DNA from: an uncultured archaeon
Lineage (GTDB): Archaea; Hadarchaeota; Hadarchaeia; Hadarchaeales; WYZ-LMO6
Assembly (NCBI GenBank): GCA_938074535.1
Contig: CALJER010000043.1
Span: forward strand, 1 to 42,096
DNA length: 42,096 bases
Direction of reading: 5' to 3'
Shown here: piece after piece, positions 10,209-18,553 of the stretch
How the letters are laid out: each line of letters opens with the position of its first letter
How positions within the stretch are numbered: position 1 is the stretch's first letter
Made by a program: the position numbers and the translations under genes
Notes under the pieces: model-generated
Seen by the model: only the letters and a program-made list of their open reading frames with translations
Told to the model about the DNA's origin: nothing
Database searches by the model: none

Positions 10209-11993
10209 ATGAGCCTCAGGTGCCCCATCGTAGCCATCCTGGGCCACGTGGACCACGGGAAAACCACCCTCCTGGACACCATACGGGGTACCGCGGTGGC
10301 CTCCAGGGAGCCGGGGAGAATCACCCAGTGGATAGGGGCTTCCGAGGTGCCCGTGGAGGCCATCAGGAAAATCAGCGGGGAGCTGATGAAGAGAATGGGC
10401 ATAGAGCTGGCGGTGCCAGGACTGCTCTTCGTGGATACCCCGGGACATGAGGCCTTCACCAACCTGAGGAAGAGGGGGGGAAGCTTGGCGGACCTGGCGG
10501 TCCTGGTGGTGGACGTGAAGGAAGGCTTCATGCCCCAGACCCTGGAGTCCCTCCAGATCCTGAGGACCTACAAGACTCCCTTTATGGTGGCCGCCAACAA
10601 GATCGACCTCCTGCCGGGGTGGAGGCCAGGAAAAGAACACAGCTTCCTCCAGGCCCTGCGCGGGCAGAGGCCGGAGACTCAGGCCCTTCTGGACCGGAGG
10701 GTTTACGAGCTGGTGGGAGAGCTCCACCGGCAGGGTTTCGACTCCGAGCGCTTCGACAGGGTGGCGGACTTCAGGAAGCAGGTGTGCATCGTCCCCATAA
10801 GCGCTAAAACGGGGGAGGGTCTGGCCGAGCTCCTCGTGGTGCTGGCCGGGCTGGCCCAGCGCTTCCTCAAGGAAGCCCTGACCGTCGAGGTCACGGGTCC
10901 GGGCAGGGGAACCGTGCTTGAGGTCAAGGAAGAAACCGGGCTGGGAACGGTGATGGACTTGATTCTGTACGACGGCAAGCTCTCCGTGGGGGATTCCTTC
11001 GCGGTGGTGGGCAGGGAGGGGGTGAGGGTCTCGAAGGTGAGGGCCATCCTCAAGCCCAGGCCCCTGGACGAGATAAGGGACCCCGAGGACCGCTTCCAGA
11101 GGGTGAAGAGCGTTGCAGCCGCGAGCGGGGTGAGGATCTCAGCACCCCAGCTGGAGGGCGTGGTGGCGGGAGCACCCTTCAGGGTGATAAGGGACCCCTC
11201 CGAGGCGCAGAAGTTCTGGGAGGAAGTGGAGGAGGAGATGAAGAGGGTGAGGATAGCCTCTGACATCAACGGGGTGGTCCTGAAGGCCGACACCCTCGGC
11301 TCGCTGGAGGCGCTGGAAGGACAGCTGAGGGGGAGGGGAGTACCCATAAGGAAGGCGGACGTGGGGGAAGTCTCCAAGAGAGACGTGGTGGAGGCCTCGA
11401 CCGTCTCCCAGAGCGATCCCCTGCTGGGGGTGGTGCTCGCCTTCAACGTTTCCATCCTCCCCGATGCCTGGGAGGAGGCCTCCAGGAGCGGGGTCAGCAT
11501 CCTCTCGGGGAAGGTGATCTACGAGCTCCTGGAGGAGTTCGACAGGTGGAGGGAGGAAAAGCAGAGGGAGGTGAGGGAGAAGAAGCTGGAGGGAGTCATC
11601 AGGCCTGCCAAGTTCTCCCTCAAGCCAGGATATGTCTTCAGGAGGAGCGAGCCCGCCATCGTGGGGATCTCCGTGCTGGGAGGGGTTCTCCGCCCCAAGT
11701 ACCCCGTGATGAGGAAGGACGGAAAGCCCGTGGGGAGGATCAGGGAGATGCAGCAGGAGAAGAAGAGCCTGCAGGAGGCCAGGAAAGGAGACGAACTGGC
11801 AGTCTCCATCGAGGGGGCGGTGGTGGGGAGGAACGTGAAGGAGGAAGACGTCCTCTTCACCGACATACCCAGGGACCACGCGCTGAAGCTCCAGAGGGAC
11901 CTGAGGGACCTCCTGAGCGGGGACGAGCGGGAGGTGCTGGACGAGATCCTCTCCATCAAACGCAGGGAGGATCCCACGTACGGGATGATGTGA
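10209..11993 (+). CDS. infB: Translation initiation factor aIF5B (IF-2)
   Basis: [28 protein letters not shown]; no intein; ATG 10209 preferred over GTG 10194. Confidence 0.96.
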   Translation: MSLRCPIVAILGHVDHGKTTLLDTIRGTAVASREPGRITQWIGASEVPVEAIRKISGELMKRMGIELAVPGLLFVDTPGHEAFTNLRKRGGSLADLAVLVVDVKEGFMPQTLESLQILRTYKTPFMVAANKIDLLPGWRPGKEHSFLQALRGQRPETQALLDRRVYELVGELHRQGFDSERFDRVADFRKQVCIVPISAKTGEGLAELLVVLAGLAQRFLKEALTVEVTGPGRGTVLEVKEETGLGTVMDLILYDGKLSVGDSFAVVGREGVRVSKVRAILKPRPLDEIRDPEDRFQRVKSVAAASGVRISAPQLEGVVAGAPFRVIRDPSEAQKFWEEVEEEMKRVRIASDINGVVLKADTLGSLEALEGQLRGRGVPIRKADVGEVSKRDVVEASTVSQSDPLLGVVLAFNVSILPDAWEEASRSGVSILSGKVIYELLEEFDRWREEKQREVREKKLEGVIRPAKFSLKPGYVFRRSEPAIVGISVLGGVLRPKYPVMRKDGKPVGRIREMQQEKKSLQEARKGDELAVSIEGAVVGRNVKEEDVLFTDIPRDHALKLQRDLRDLLSGDEREVLDEILSIKRREDPTYGMM

Positions 11994-11995
11994 AC

Positions 11996-12151
11996 TCAGG
12001 ATTTCAAACCCGCGAACTTCTGGAGGAACTCCCTGGCCTCGGAGAGGGTCAGCTCATGCTCCCTGTAGAGGTGGGGGACCAGAGTGGGTATGGGGACTTT
12101 TTTGTCGCAGAGCGGGCACCTGACCTTCTCCCAGGAGGGCGGGCTCGTCAT
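11996..12151 (-). CDS. 51-aa C2H2-type zinc-finger microprotein
   Basis: Hand-translated MTSPPSWEKVRCPLCDKKVPIPTLVPHLYREHELTLSEAREFLQKFAGLKS; GAGGGG directly before the ATG; fills the infB-rps6e gap. Confidence 0.72.
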   Translation of the reverse strand: MTSPPSWEKVRCPLCDKKVPIPTLVPHLYREHELTLSEAREFLQKFAGLKS

Positions 12152-12301
12152 CCCCTCAATCCCCCCGGGCGTGGAAGGAACTCAGCCTGCCCGAGCTGAC
12201 CCCCGGCATTCCCCCCACCACTTTTTTCTCTTCGAAAACATAAATAAGCTGGCCCTGCTGAAAGGCAACCTATATAGCGGGGAAACCCGCAAGCCTAAAG
12301 G

Positions 12302-12688
12302 ATGCTCAAGGTGGTGATAGGGGACCCAAAAACGGGAAGAAGCTACCAGAAGGAGCTCAAGGAGCCCCTTTCGAGGGCTCTCATGGGAAAAAGGATAGGG
12401 GACTCCTTCGACGGGAGTCTCCTGGGCCTGCCGGGGTACAAGCTGCAGATCACGGGGGGGACGGATGCGAGCGGCTTTCCCATGAGGGCGGACGTGCCCG
12501 GGCCCGGACACCAGAGGATTCTCCTCTCCGGAGGTGTGGGATACCGTCCCCGGAAGAAAGGAGAGAGGAGGAGGAAGAGGGTGCATGGATGCGTGGTGGC
12601 GGAGGACATCAGACAGCTCAACGTGAAGATCCTCGAATACGGGGAAAAGCCCGTGGAGGAGCTCCTGAAGCCCGCCGAAGAGAAGTAG
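12302..12688 (+). CDS. rps6e: Ribosomal protein S6e
   Basis: DPKTGRSYQ, LQITGGTDASGFPM, GERRRKRVHG, QLNVKI. Confidence 0.96.
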   Translation: MLKVVIGDPKTGRSYQKELKEPLSRALMGKRIGDSFDGSLLGLPGYKLQITGGTDASGFPMRADVPGPGHQRILLSGGVGYRPRKKGERRRKRVHGCVVAEDIRQLNVKILEYGEKPVEELLKPAEEK

Positions 12689-12738
12689 CGGGACCGGCCT
12701 CCGATAGGATTAAAGTGGGGGAAATCCAAGAAAAAGAA

Positions 12739-12843
12739 GCCGGGGTGGCCCAGCCAGGTACGGCGACAGGTCGTACGACCCGCCAAGGGTTGCTAACCCG
12801 TTGGCGCTTACGCGCTTCCTGGGTTCAAATCCCAGCCCCGGCG
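12739..12843 (+). tRNA. tRNA-Ser(GCU) with 19-nt intron (12768-12786) at position 28/29
   Basis: Acceptor GCCGGGG/CCCCGGC, T arm CTGGG-TTCAAAT-CCCAG, long variable arm; intron removal restores ACGGG-TTGCTAA-CCCGT; CCA not encoded. Confidence 0.92.
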
Positions 12844-12911
12844 CCTCACCCCTACCGGCCAAATCCCAGGCCCGACGACTTCTATTTAGGCCCGCAGGTG
12901 AAGAAACCGTG

Positions 12912-14054
12912 ATGCACCTTACAGGATCCATAGTCTTTCAGTATTTCTACGACTGCGGGGGGGAGGTGAACCTGGGCCTCATTCCGGCCGAGAAGCTCGG
13001 GCTGGTGGAGCAGAGGCCCAGGAGGAGGATGAGGATCCTGGCTCCCAAGTACGAGCACATAGGCCTCATCCCCCTGGTGGGGAAGCTGGGAACCCTGGAG
13101 GTGGAGGGAAAGAAGCTGGAGGTGGAGGCCAAGATCTTTCCGGTGGGGGCCATAGAGATTTCCTTCACTCTCAGGTTCGAGGGGGTCGAGCTGGACTCGG
13201 TGGTCAGGCTGGTGGGGCTGGACGAAAGGAAAGTCAGGATGGGAGAGGAGGAAACGGAGCTGGGGGAGATAGCGAGGAAGTACTTCGAGGACTTCAAGAG
13301 AAAAATCAAAAAAGCCATCACCTTTCCCTACCAGGAGTTTGGCAGACCGGAGACCTACACCCTCATCCTCCTCTCCAGCTCCGATCCACCCCTCTCCGCC
13401 TCCGACCTGCTCACCAGGTTCAGAAAACAGGCGGCGGGATTGCTGAGGGGGGAAACGGAGTGGAGGTCCCTGAGCAGGAAGGAAGTGGAAGACGCCCTCA
13501 GGACCTTCCTGACCTACTCCAACAAAGATCTGATAATCCTGGACTGGTACTCCGCCCTCATCTACGAGCAGGCGGGATACGCGGACGACTACGTGAGAAT
13601 GATAGAGCTGGCCAAAATTCAGCTGCTGGAGCTGAAGACCTACGACTCCCTGCTGGACCTCGAGACGGAGAAGGCATACAGCGCCCTGCGCACGGCCTTC
13701 CCCAGAAGGATGGGGGTGAGGTGGGGGAGTCGGTCCTACCGGGAACTCATGAAGACCGCCAGCGAGCTGGCCGAGCTCAGGGTGGAGATCATGGAGTACG
13801 TGGGGGATCTGAGGAACATCCTGAAGTTCACCGGTGAGTGGTACCTGGGGAAGCTCTACCGCCTGGCCGGGGAGCGCTTCAGGATCTCGGAGTGGCTCTC
13901 CCTGGTGGACAAAAAGCTGGATCAGCTCCAGGAGCTCTACGCCATGGCCATGGAGAGGGTGGACGCCCAGCACGCCAGCACCCTGGAGTTCCTCACCCTC
14001 CTCCTCATAGCCGCCATCGTGCTCTTGGAAGTGATCATGGTTCTCAAAATGTAA
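12912..14054 (+). CDS. Hypothetical protein with C-terminal membrane helix, RMD1/DUF155- or CorA-like
   Basis: Long ORF with genome-typical codon use; helical C-terminal half ending LEFLTLLLIAAIVLLEVI; family call tentative. Confidence 0.6.
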   Translation: MHLTGSIVFQYFYDCGGEVNLGLIPAEKLGLVEQRPRRRMRILAPKYEHIGLIPLVGKLGTLEVEGKKLEVEAKIFPVGAIEISFTLRFEGVELDSVVRLVGLDERKVRMGEEETELGEIARKYFEDFKRKIKKAITFPYQEFGRPETYTLILLSSSDPPLSASDLLTRFRKQAAGLLRGETEWRSLSRKEVEDALRTFLTYSNKDLIILDWYSALIYEQAGYADDYVRMIELAKIQLLELKTYDSLLDLETEKAYSALRTAFPRRMGVRWGSRSYRELMKTASELAELRVEIMEYVGDLRNILKFTGEWYLGKLYRLAGERFRISEWLSLVDKKLDQLQELYAMAMERVDAQHASTLEFLTLLLIAAIVLLEVIMVLKM

Positions 14055-14078
14055 TAAAGTCCCTTTCCCAGTTTAGGC

Positions 14079-14153
<75 letters not shown>

Positions 14154-14168
14154 CTGCAACGAACCATC

Positions 14169-15002
14169 TCATCCGCCTGGCCTCCCGGTGAGGGCCCTGA
14201 CCAGCCTCGCCACCATCTCGTCTCCTCCCCTTTCCCCGGAGAAACCGTAGGGAGGACCGGACCTGCCCGCAAGCACCTCGGCCAGGCCCTGGATGGCTAA
14301 GGAGGCCCTGCACTCGGGGTCGTAGACCACCACCGGCACGCCCTCCCTCTCGGCTTCCTGAACGACGGGGTCCTCGGGCACCTCGGCGAGGATGGGCATG
14401 GCACCGAGCGTGTGGCCCATGAACTCCTCCACCTCCCTCGTAGAAAGGTCCGCGCTCTTGCCCGTCCGGTTGACCACCACCCCCCTGGTCCAGGAGCCGA
14501 GCACGTTGGCCAGTCTCACCGTCTTGTAGCAGTCCACCAGGCTGGTGTAGGTGGGGTTGCACACGGCGATCATCTCCCTAGCGGCGGCCAGGGAGAGAAT
14601 GGTGGAATCCTGAATCCCCGCGGGGGCGTCTATGAGGAGAAACTCCGTCTCCTCCAGTATGCTCCTCACCACCTCCTCCACCTTCTCCGGCTTGACCCTG
14701 AAGAGGGCCTCGTGGGCCTCCTCGAACCTGAACCCCGTGGGTATCACGTTGATCCCGTAATTCCTGTAAGCTGCCTCCTCCACCCTGGCCCTTCCCATCA
14801 GCACATCCAGCAGGCTCGTCCTGAACTTGGTGAGTCCCATCACGATGGAGAGGTTGGCCATAGCCAGATCCCCGTCAAGAATGGTCACCTTCTTGCCCAG
14901 CGCCCCTAGGGCCACCCCCAGGTTGGCCGTCATGGTGGTCTTCCCCGTGCCGCCCTTCCCTGAGGCGATGGCGATGGACCTGTGAAGGTTCCTCCTCCCC
15001 AC
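14169..15002 (-). CDS. minD: MinD/ParA-family ATPase
   Basis: Deviant Walker A SGKGGTGKTT, DGDLAMANL, IDAPAG, VVNR, PEDP. Confidence 0.9.
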   Translation of the reverse strand: MGRRNLHRSIAIASGKGGTGKTTMTANLGVALGALGKKVTILDGDLAMANLSIVMGLTKFRTSLLDVLMGRARVEEAAYRNYGINVIPTGFRFEEAHEALFRVKPEKVEEVVRSILEETEFLLIDAPAGIQDSTILSLAAAREMIAVCNPTYTSLVDCYKTVRLANVLGSWTRGVVVNRTGKSADLSTREVEEFMGHTLGAMPILAEVPEDPVVQEAEREGVPVVVYDPECRASLAIQGLAEVLAGRSGPPYGFSGERGGDEMVARLVRALTGRPGG

Positions 15003-15058
15003 CTTCTCCTCCAGAAGTTGGAGGAAGGGATTTATAAAGGGGAAAGGACCCGGCAGAA

Positions 15059-16015
15059 CTACTTCTTCCCCAGGTGCTCCCTCACGGGGCGGAAGAGCTC
15101 GATGAGACCCTCGGCCACGGCCGGCTTCAAATCGGCAGGATGAAGTTCTCCCTCCCTGTACCTTCTTCTGAGCTCACCAGCCTCCTCAAGGAAAATCGTG
15201 CCCCCGTGCCTCTCGGACCTCCTCACCTCCAACCCTCTCGTGTAGGGGAGCACCAGATGCTCGGCGTACTCCACCACGGGGTTCCCCTCCACCTGCCTGG
15301 GAGGGCAGAAGGCCTTCCGGATCTTCTCCCTTACCTCATCGGGCGAATCGTCCACCGCTATAAAGTTGCCCTTGGAGGACGACATTTTGACATCCCCGTC
15401 GAGGCCGTGCAGCAGGGGCATGTGCACGCACACGGGCTTCCTGTGACCCAGCTTCTCCAGCTTCTCCCTGGCTATCATGTGGACCTTCCTCTGGTCCTCC
15501 CCTCCCACCGCCACCTCCACTTTCAGATGGACCATATCGACCGCCTGCATGAGGGGGTAGAGCACCTGGGCCACGTCTGGATTCTCCGCCTTCCTGGCTA
15601 TCTCCGCCATGGCCCTCCTGGCCCTGAGGAGGGTGGTTTCCGTGGACAACCTCAGCACATCCGTCATGTACTCCCGGCTTAGCTGGAACTCCGAACCCAG
15701 CCTGTACTCCGTCTTCGGGGGGACCAGCCCCATCCCTACGAAGCATTCCCTGTTGTACTCCGTGATCCTTCTTATCTCCTCCAGCGTGCCTTTGTGGTTC
15801 AGATAGGCATGGAGGTCCGCCAAAAGCACTATGACCCGGGCACCTTCTCTCTGGAAGTCGAGCAGCTTGAAGGCGGTGAGGGCATGACCGCAGTGGATCC
15901 TGCCCGAGGGCTCGTATCCGCAGTAAACCGTGGGTCTTCCCTTCATCACCTCCTTCAGCTCCTCCTCCGTCACCACCTCCGCGGCTCCCCTCCTCACCCT
16001 CTCGTAGGCATCCAT
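15059..16015 (-). CDS. tyrS: Tyrosine-tRNA ligase, archaeal
   Basis: YCGYEPSGRIHCGH, LADLHA, YPLMQAVD, GGEDQRK, KMSSS, LHPADLK. Confidence 0.96.
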   Translation of the reverse strand: MDAYERVRRGAAEVVTEEELKEVMKGRPTVYCGYEPSGRIHCGHALTAFKLLDFQREGARVIVLLADLHAYLNHKGTLEEIRRITEYNRECFVGMGLVPPKTEYRLGSEFQLSREYMTDVLRLSTETTLLRARRAMAEIARKAENPDVAQVLYPLMQAVDMVHLKVEVAVGGEDQRKVHMIAREKLEKLGHRKPVCVHMPLLHGLDGDVKMSSSKGNFIAVDDSPDEVREKIRKAFCPPRQVEGNPVVEYAEHLVLPYTRGLEVRRSERHGGTIFLEEAGELRRRYREGELHPADLKPAVAEGLIELFRPVREHLGKK

Positions 16016-16054
16016 CAAGTCCCTTCACCTCACGGGGTAAAAAACGGCTTCCCG

Positions 16055-17647
16055 TCAAGAATCCCCGGACCTGCCCTCCGCGCCGTCGCCCACTGCCCAG
16101 GAGAACTTCTTCAGGAGGGACTTGGGGTATATCCTCTCCACCCCGTATCCCACCTTCCTGGCCCAGGAGGCGTAGACCCTCGGATCGATGTAGGAGTTGA
16201 GGGAGGTGCCCAAGTTGAAGTCCCTTATCTCGCGCTCCAGCTCCAGCCTGAGCCTGAGCTCCCTTATCCTCTCCCTCAGCTTCCTCACCCTTTCCTCCGT
16301 CCTCTTTCCAGGCTTCTCCCGCAGCTCCGCTATCCTCCGCTCCAGCGCCCTTATCCTCTCCCTTATCCTCTCCATCTTTTTCTTCCATCCGGCGGGAACC
16401 TTGCGCTTGTGGTTCAGCTCCTCAGCAGCCCTCAGGTTGGCCATCTTGGCCGCGTACCTCTTCTCCATCTCCGTGCTCCCCCTCCCCACCTTCACCTTCT
16501 TCAGCTCCTCCTCCACTATCCTGGAGGCGTGGTAAGTGCGGAAGACCTTCGCCGTAAGACCCGGCATCGCTTCCCCCAGAAAGGAGTTAACATCCTCCGA
16601 ACTCACGCCCGGGAAAATCCTCTCTCCTCCCCTGCCCGCGAACTCCTTCAGGTTCCGGAGAACCTCGGGAGAGGGATCCAGGATCTTGGACCACCGCACA
16701 TGATCTTTACCCAAGAAGCTGAACTTCACCCTCCCTCCGTCGAACTTGAGGTGCTGCGGTCCCAGCGTGGTGGCCCCCACCGTGTTCCTCTCCTCCCTGT
16801 CCCTCTCGTCGCCCACCCTCAGCTTCAGCTCATCTATGAGATAGCAAACGGTTGCCACCATCCTGCGCTTGGGATCGGGATCCGAGAGACCCTTCCTTAT
16901 GTGCTCCCTCACTCTCTCAATCTTCCTGCCCAGCTCCCTGGCACGGTCGAACTTCTCCTTCTCCCTCTCCTGCTTCAGGGGGGAGGAGTCTGAGAGCCAG
17001 ACATACTTCATCTTTCCCGTGAGCTTGTCCCTCCACTTCGCTATCCAGAGGGCGCCCGGGTCCCACTCCCTCCCACCCCACCTCCTGCCGGCTGGGGCCT
17101 CCGGCATGGGTGCCTCGGGGGAGAGGTTGAGGATGATATCCTCGTACTCCACCCTGGGCTTCCACCTGCCCCTCTGGGGATGCTTTCCCCTCCCCACGAA
17201 AACACAGGGAGGTTCGACCGTGTAGTTCTTCACCTCCACCCTCTCCCCGTCGATCCAGGCCGTGCCCCATCTCTCCCTGTTGGCCTCCCTCAGGCGCCTG
17301 CGCTCCTCGGCCAGCCTCCTACGCTCCTCCCTCGTCATTTCCTCTTTTCTCTTCCTCTCCCGCTCAAGCCACTCCAACACGGGTGAAAAATCGAAATGCC
17401 CAAGCTCCGTGTCCCTGGGCAAACCCAGGGCCTCGCTGAAATCGGAGAGGAAGTTCCTCACGAAAACCCCGTCCTCCCCCCTGCCTGCCAGCAGGTGCCT
17501 GCCAAAGGCCACGGCCATTTCCTCCTGCTGGGGATTCAAATCCACCCTCTTTCCCCGGTACAGGATGTGCAGTCCCTTGAACTCGTAGGGCGGAAGCAGA
17601 ACGCCCTTGTGAACAAGGGATTTCATCCTCGCTTTCCTCTTTTCCAT
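16055..17647 (-). CDS. DNA topoisomerase IB, long eukaryote/Thaumarchaeota type
   Basis: VEPPCVFVGRGKHP.RG, catalytic pentad in LRVG, FLGKD, KVFRTY, LNHKR, NSYIDPR; coiled-coil linker. Start 17647 or 17626. Confidence 0.93.
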   Translation of the reverse strand: MEKRKARMKSLVHKGVLLPPYEFKGLHILYRGKRVDLNPQQEEMAVAFGRHLLAGRGEDGVFVRNFLSDFSEALGLPRDTELGHFDFSPVLEWLERERKRKEEMTREERRRLAEERRRLREANRERWGTAWIDGERVEVKNYTVEPPCVFVGRGKHPQRGRWKPRVEYEDIILNLSPEAPMPEAPAGRRWGGREWDPGALWIAKWRDKLTGKMKYVWLSDSSPLKQEREKEKFDRARELGRKIERVREHIRKGLSDPDPKRRMVATVCYLIDELKLRVGDERDREERNTVGATTLGPQHLKFDGGRVKFSFLGKDHVRWSKILDPSPEVLRNLKEFAGRGGERIFPGVSSEDVNSFLGEAMPGLTAKVFRTYHASRIVEEELKKVKVGRGSTEMEKRYAAKMANLRAAEELNHKRKVPAGWKKKMERIRERIRALERRIAELREKPGKRTEERVRKLRERIRELRLRLELEREIRDFNLGTSLNSYIDPRVYASWARKVGYGVERIYPKSLLKKFSWAVGDGAEGRSGDS

Positions 17648-17679
17648 CCTTTTCCGAAAAGACCTCAAGCTCTAAAAAG

Positions 17680-18006
17680 TTAGAACCTACCCCTCTGCTT
17701 CCACTGGAGAACATTCTCTTTCCACTTTTCATACTGCCGGATTTTGGAGGGGGTTCTGAGCCCCCCTTCTAGAAACTCCATAAGCGCCACTACCTCCCTC
17801 TTTTTTCTCACCTCCCAGCGGTAGAGGTTCCCTACCTTTTTTACCTCCCCCAGTCCCGTTGCTTCCCTCAGAAAAAGAAGGGTTTCTTTCTCCATCTGGG
17901 TGAGGAAGAAGGCCGGGTTCTGGTAACTCCTGCGCCCTGCCACCACCCTGTTGGTGGTGAAGCATCCCTTTGCTTCCAGGTATCCCAAGATCCAGTCCTT
18001 CTCCAT
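17680..18006 (-). CDS. Single-motif LAGLIDADG-fold protein (108 aa), catalytic residue degenerate
   Basis: WILGYLEAKGCF motif, P-F-LTQ, LGEV, YRWEV, LRTPSK..Y..W pattern of I-CreI-like proteins; ATG at 18006. Confidence 0.75.
   Translation of the reverse strand: MEKDWILGYLEAKGCFTTNRVVAGRRSYQNPAFFLTQMEKETLLFLREATGLGEVKKVGNLYRWEVRKKREVVALMEFLEGGLRTPSKIRQYEKWKENVLQWKQRGRF
17689..17709 (-). promoter_or_regulatory. Origin recognition box (ORB), left copy
   Basis: Minus strand CTCCAGTGGAAGCAGAGGGGT: TCCA-G-TGGA dyad plus G-string, matching the Orc1/Cdc6 ORB consensus. Confidence 0.8.
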
Positions 18007-18051
18007 ATTTGATATGTTTGTTACAAACGTTTGGGTAAAAATAATTAACAG

Positions 18052-18072
18052 CTCCAGTGGAAACAGAGGGGT
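18052..18072 (+). promoter_or_regulatory. Origin recognition box (ORB), right copy
   Basis: CTCCAGTGGAAACAGAGGGGT, 20/21 identical to the left copy and inverted; AT-rich tract 18005-18050 adjacent. Confidence 0.85.
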
Positions 18073-18118
18073 CTGTCCGAGAGATTTATAGGGGGGAAAA
18101 AGAAAATTTTGGGAGAGG

Positions 18119-18532
18119 GTGTTCGAGGAGGACTTCTTCGAGAAAATAAGGAGGATGGTCGAGGAGACGGAGAGGAAACAGGAGGAGATTTCGGTGGAGA
18201 TAAAGGGATCCGAAGCCTCCTCGGTGAGGGTCAGAAGAAGGGGTCCGAGAGTCCTAGAGCAGGTAAGCATACAGGAAACCCTGGAAACGGAGTACATGTG
18301 CCTGGAAAAACCCAGGGAGATGATTTTCTGCATGCACGTGCCCGGCGTGGAGAGGGAAGGCATAGAGATACGGAGGAGGGGAAGGGCGCTGGAAATCGTC
18401 GCGAAGAGGAGGGACGGGAGGGCCTACTTCTCAACCTTCGAACTCCCCCGGAACGCGGTTCCAGAGGAGCGCATTCTGAGGGTAAAGGATGGCCTTTTAG
18501 TTTTGATCATCCCAAAGAGGAAGAGAGTCTGA
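18119..18532 (+). CDS. Hsp20/alpha-crystallin small heat-shock protein
   Basis: VPGVEREGIEI, FELP, VKDGLLVLIIPK; TTTATA at 18085. Confidence 0.8.
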   Translation: MFEEDFFEKIRRMVEETERKQEEISVEIKGSEASSVRVRRRGPRVLEQVSIQETLETEYMCLEKPREMIFCMHVPGVEREGIEIRRRGRALEIVAKRRDGRAYFSTFELPRNAVPEERILRVKDGLLVLIIPKRKRV

Positions 18533-18553
18533 GGATGCTGGGAGGGGAGGGAA

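Noticed and set aside
17689-18072. The 21-bp inverted repeats read as terminal repeats of an IS or MITE
   Set aside because: No target-site duplication or transposase, the ORF runs past the left repeat, and the sequence matches the ORB consensus
18007-18363. N-terminal extension of the 227-aa LAGLIDADG ORF
   Set aside because: Antisense to hsp20 and crosses the promoter/ORB region; ATG 18006 directly precedes the motif
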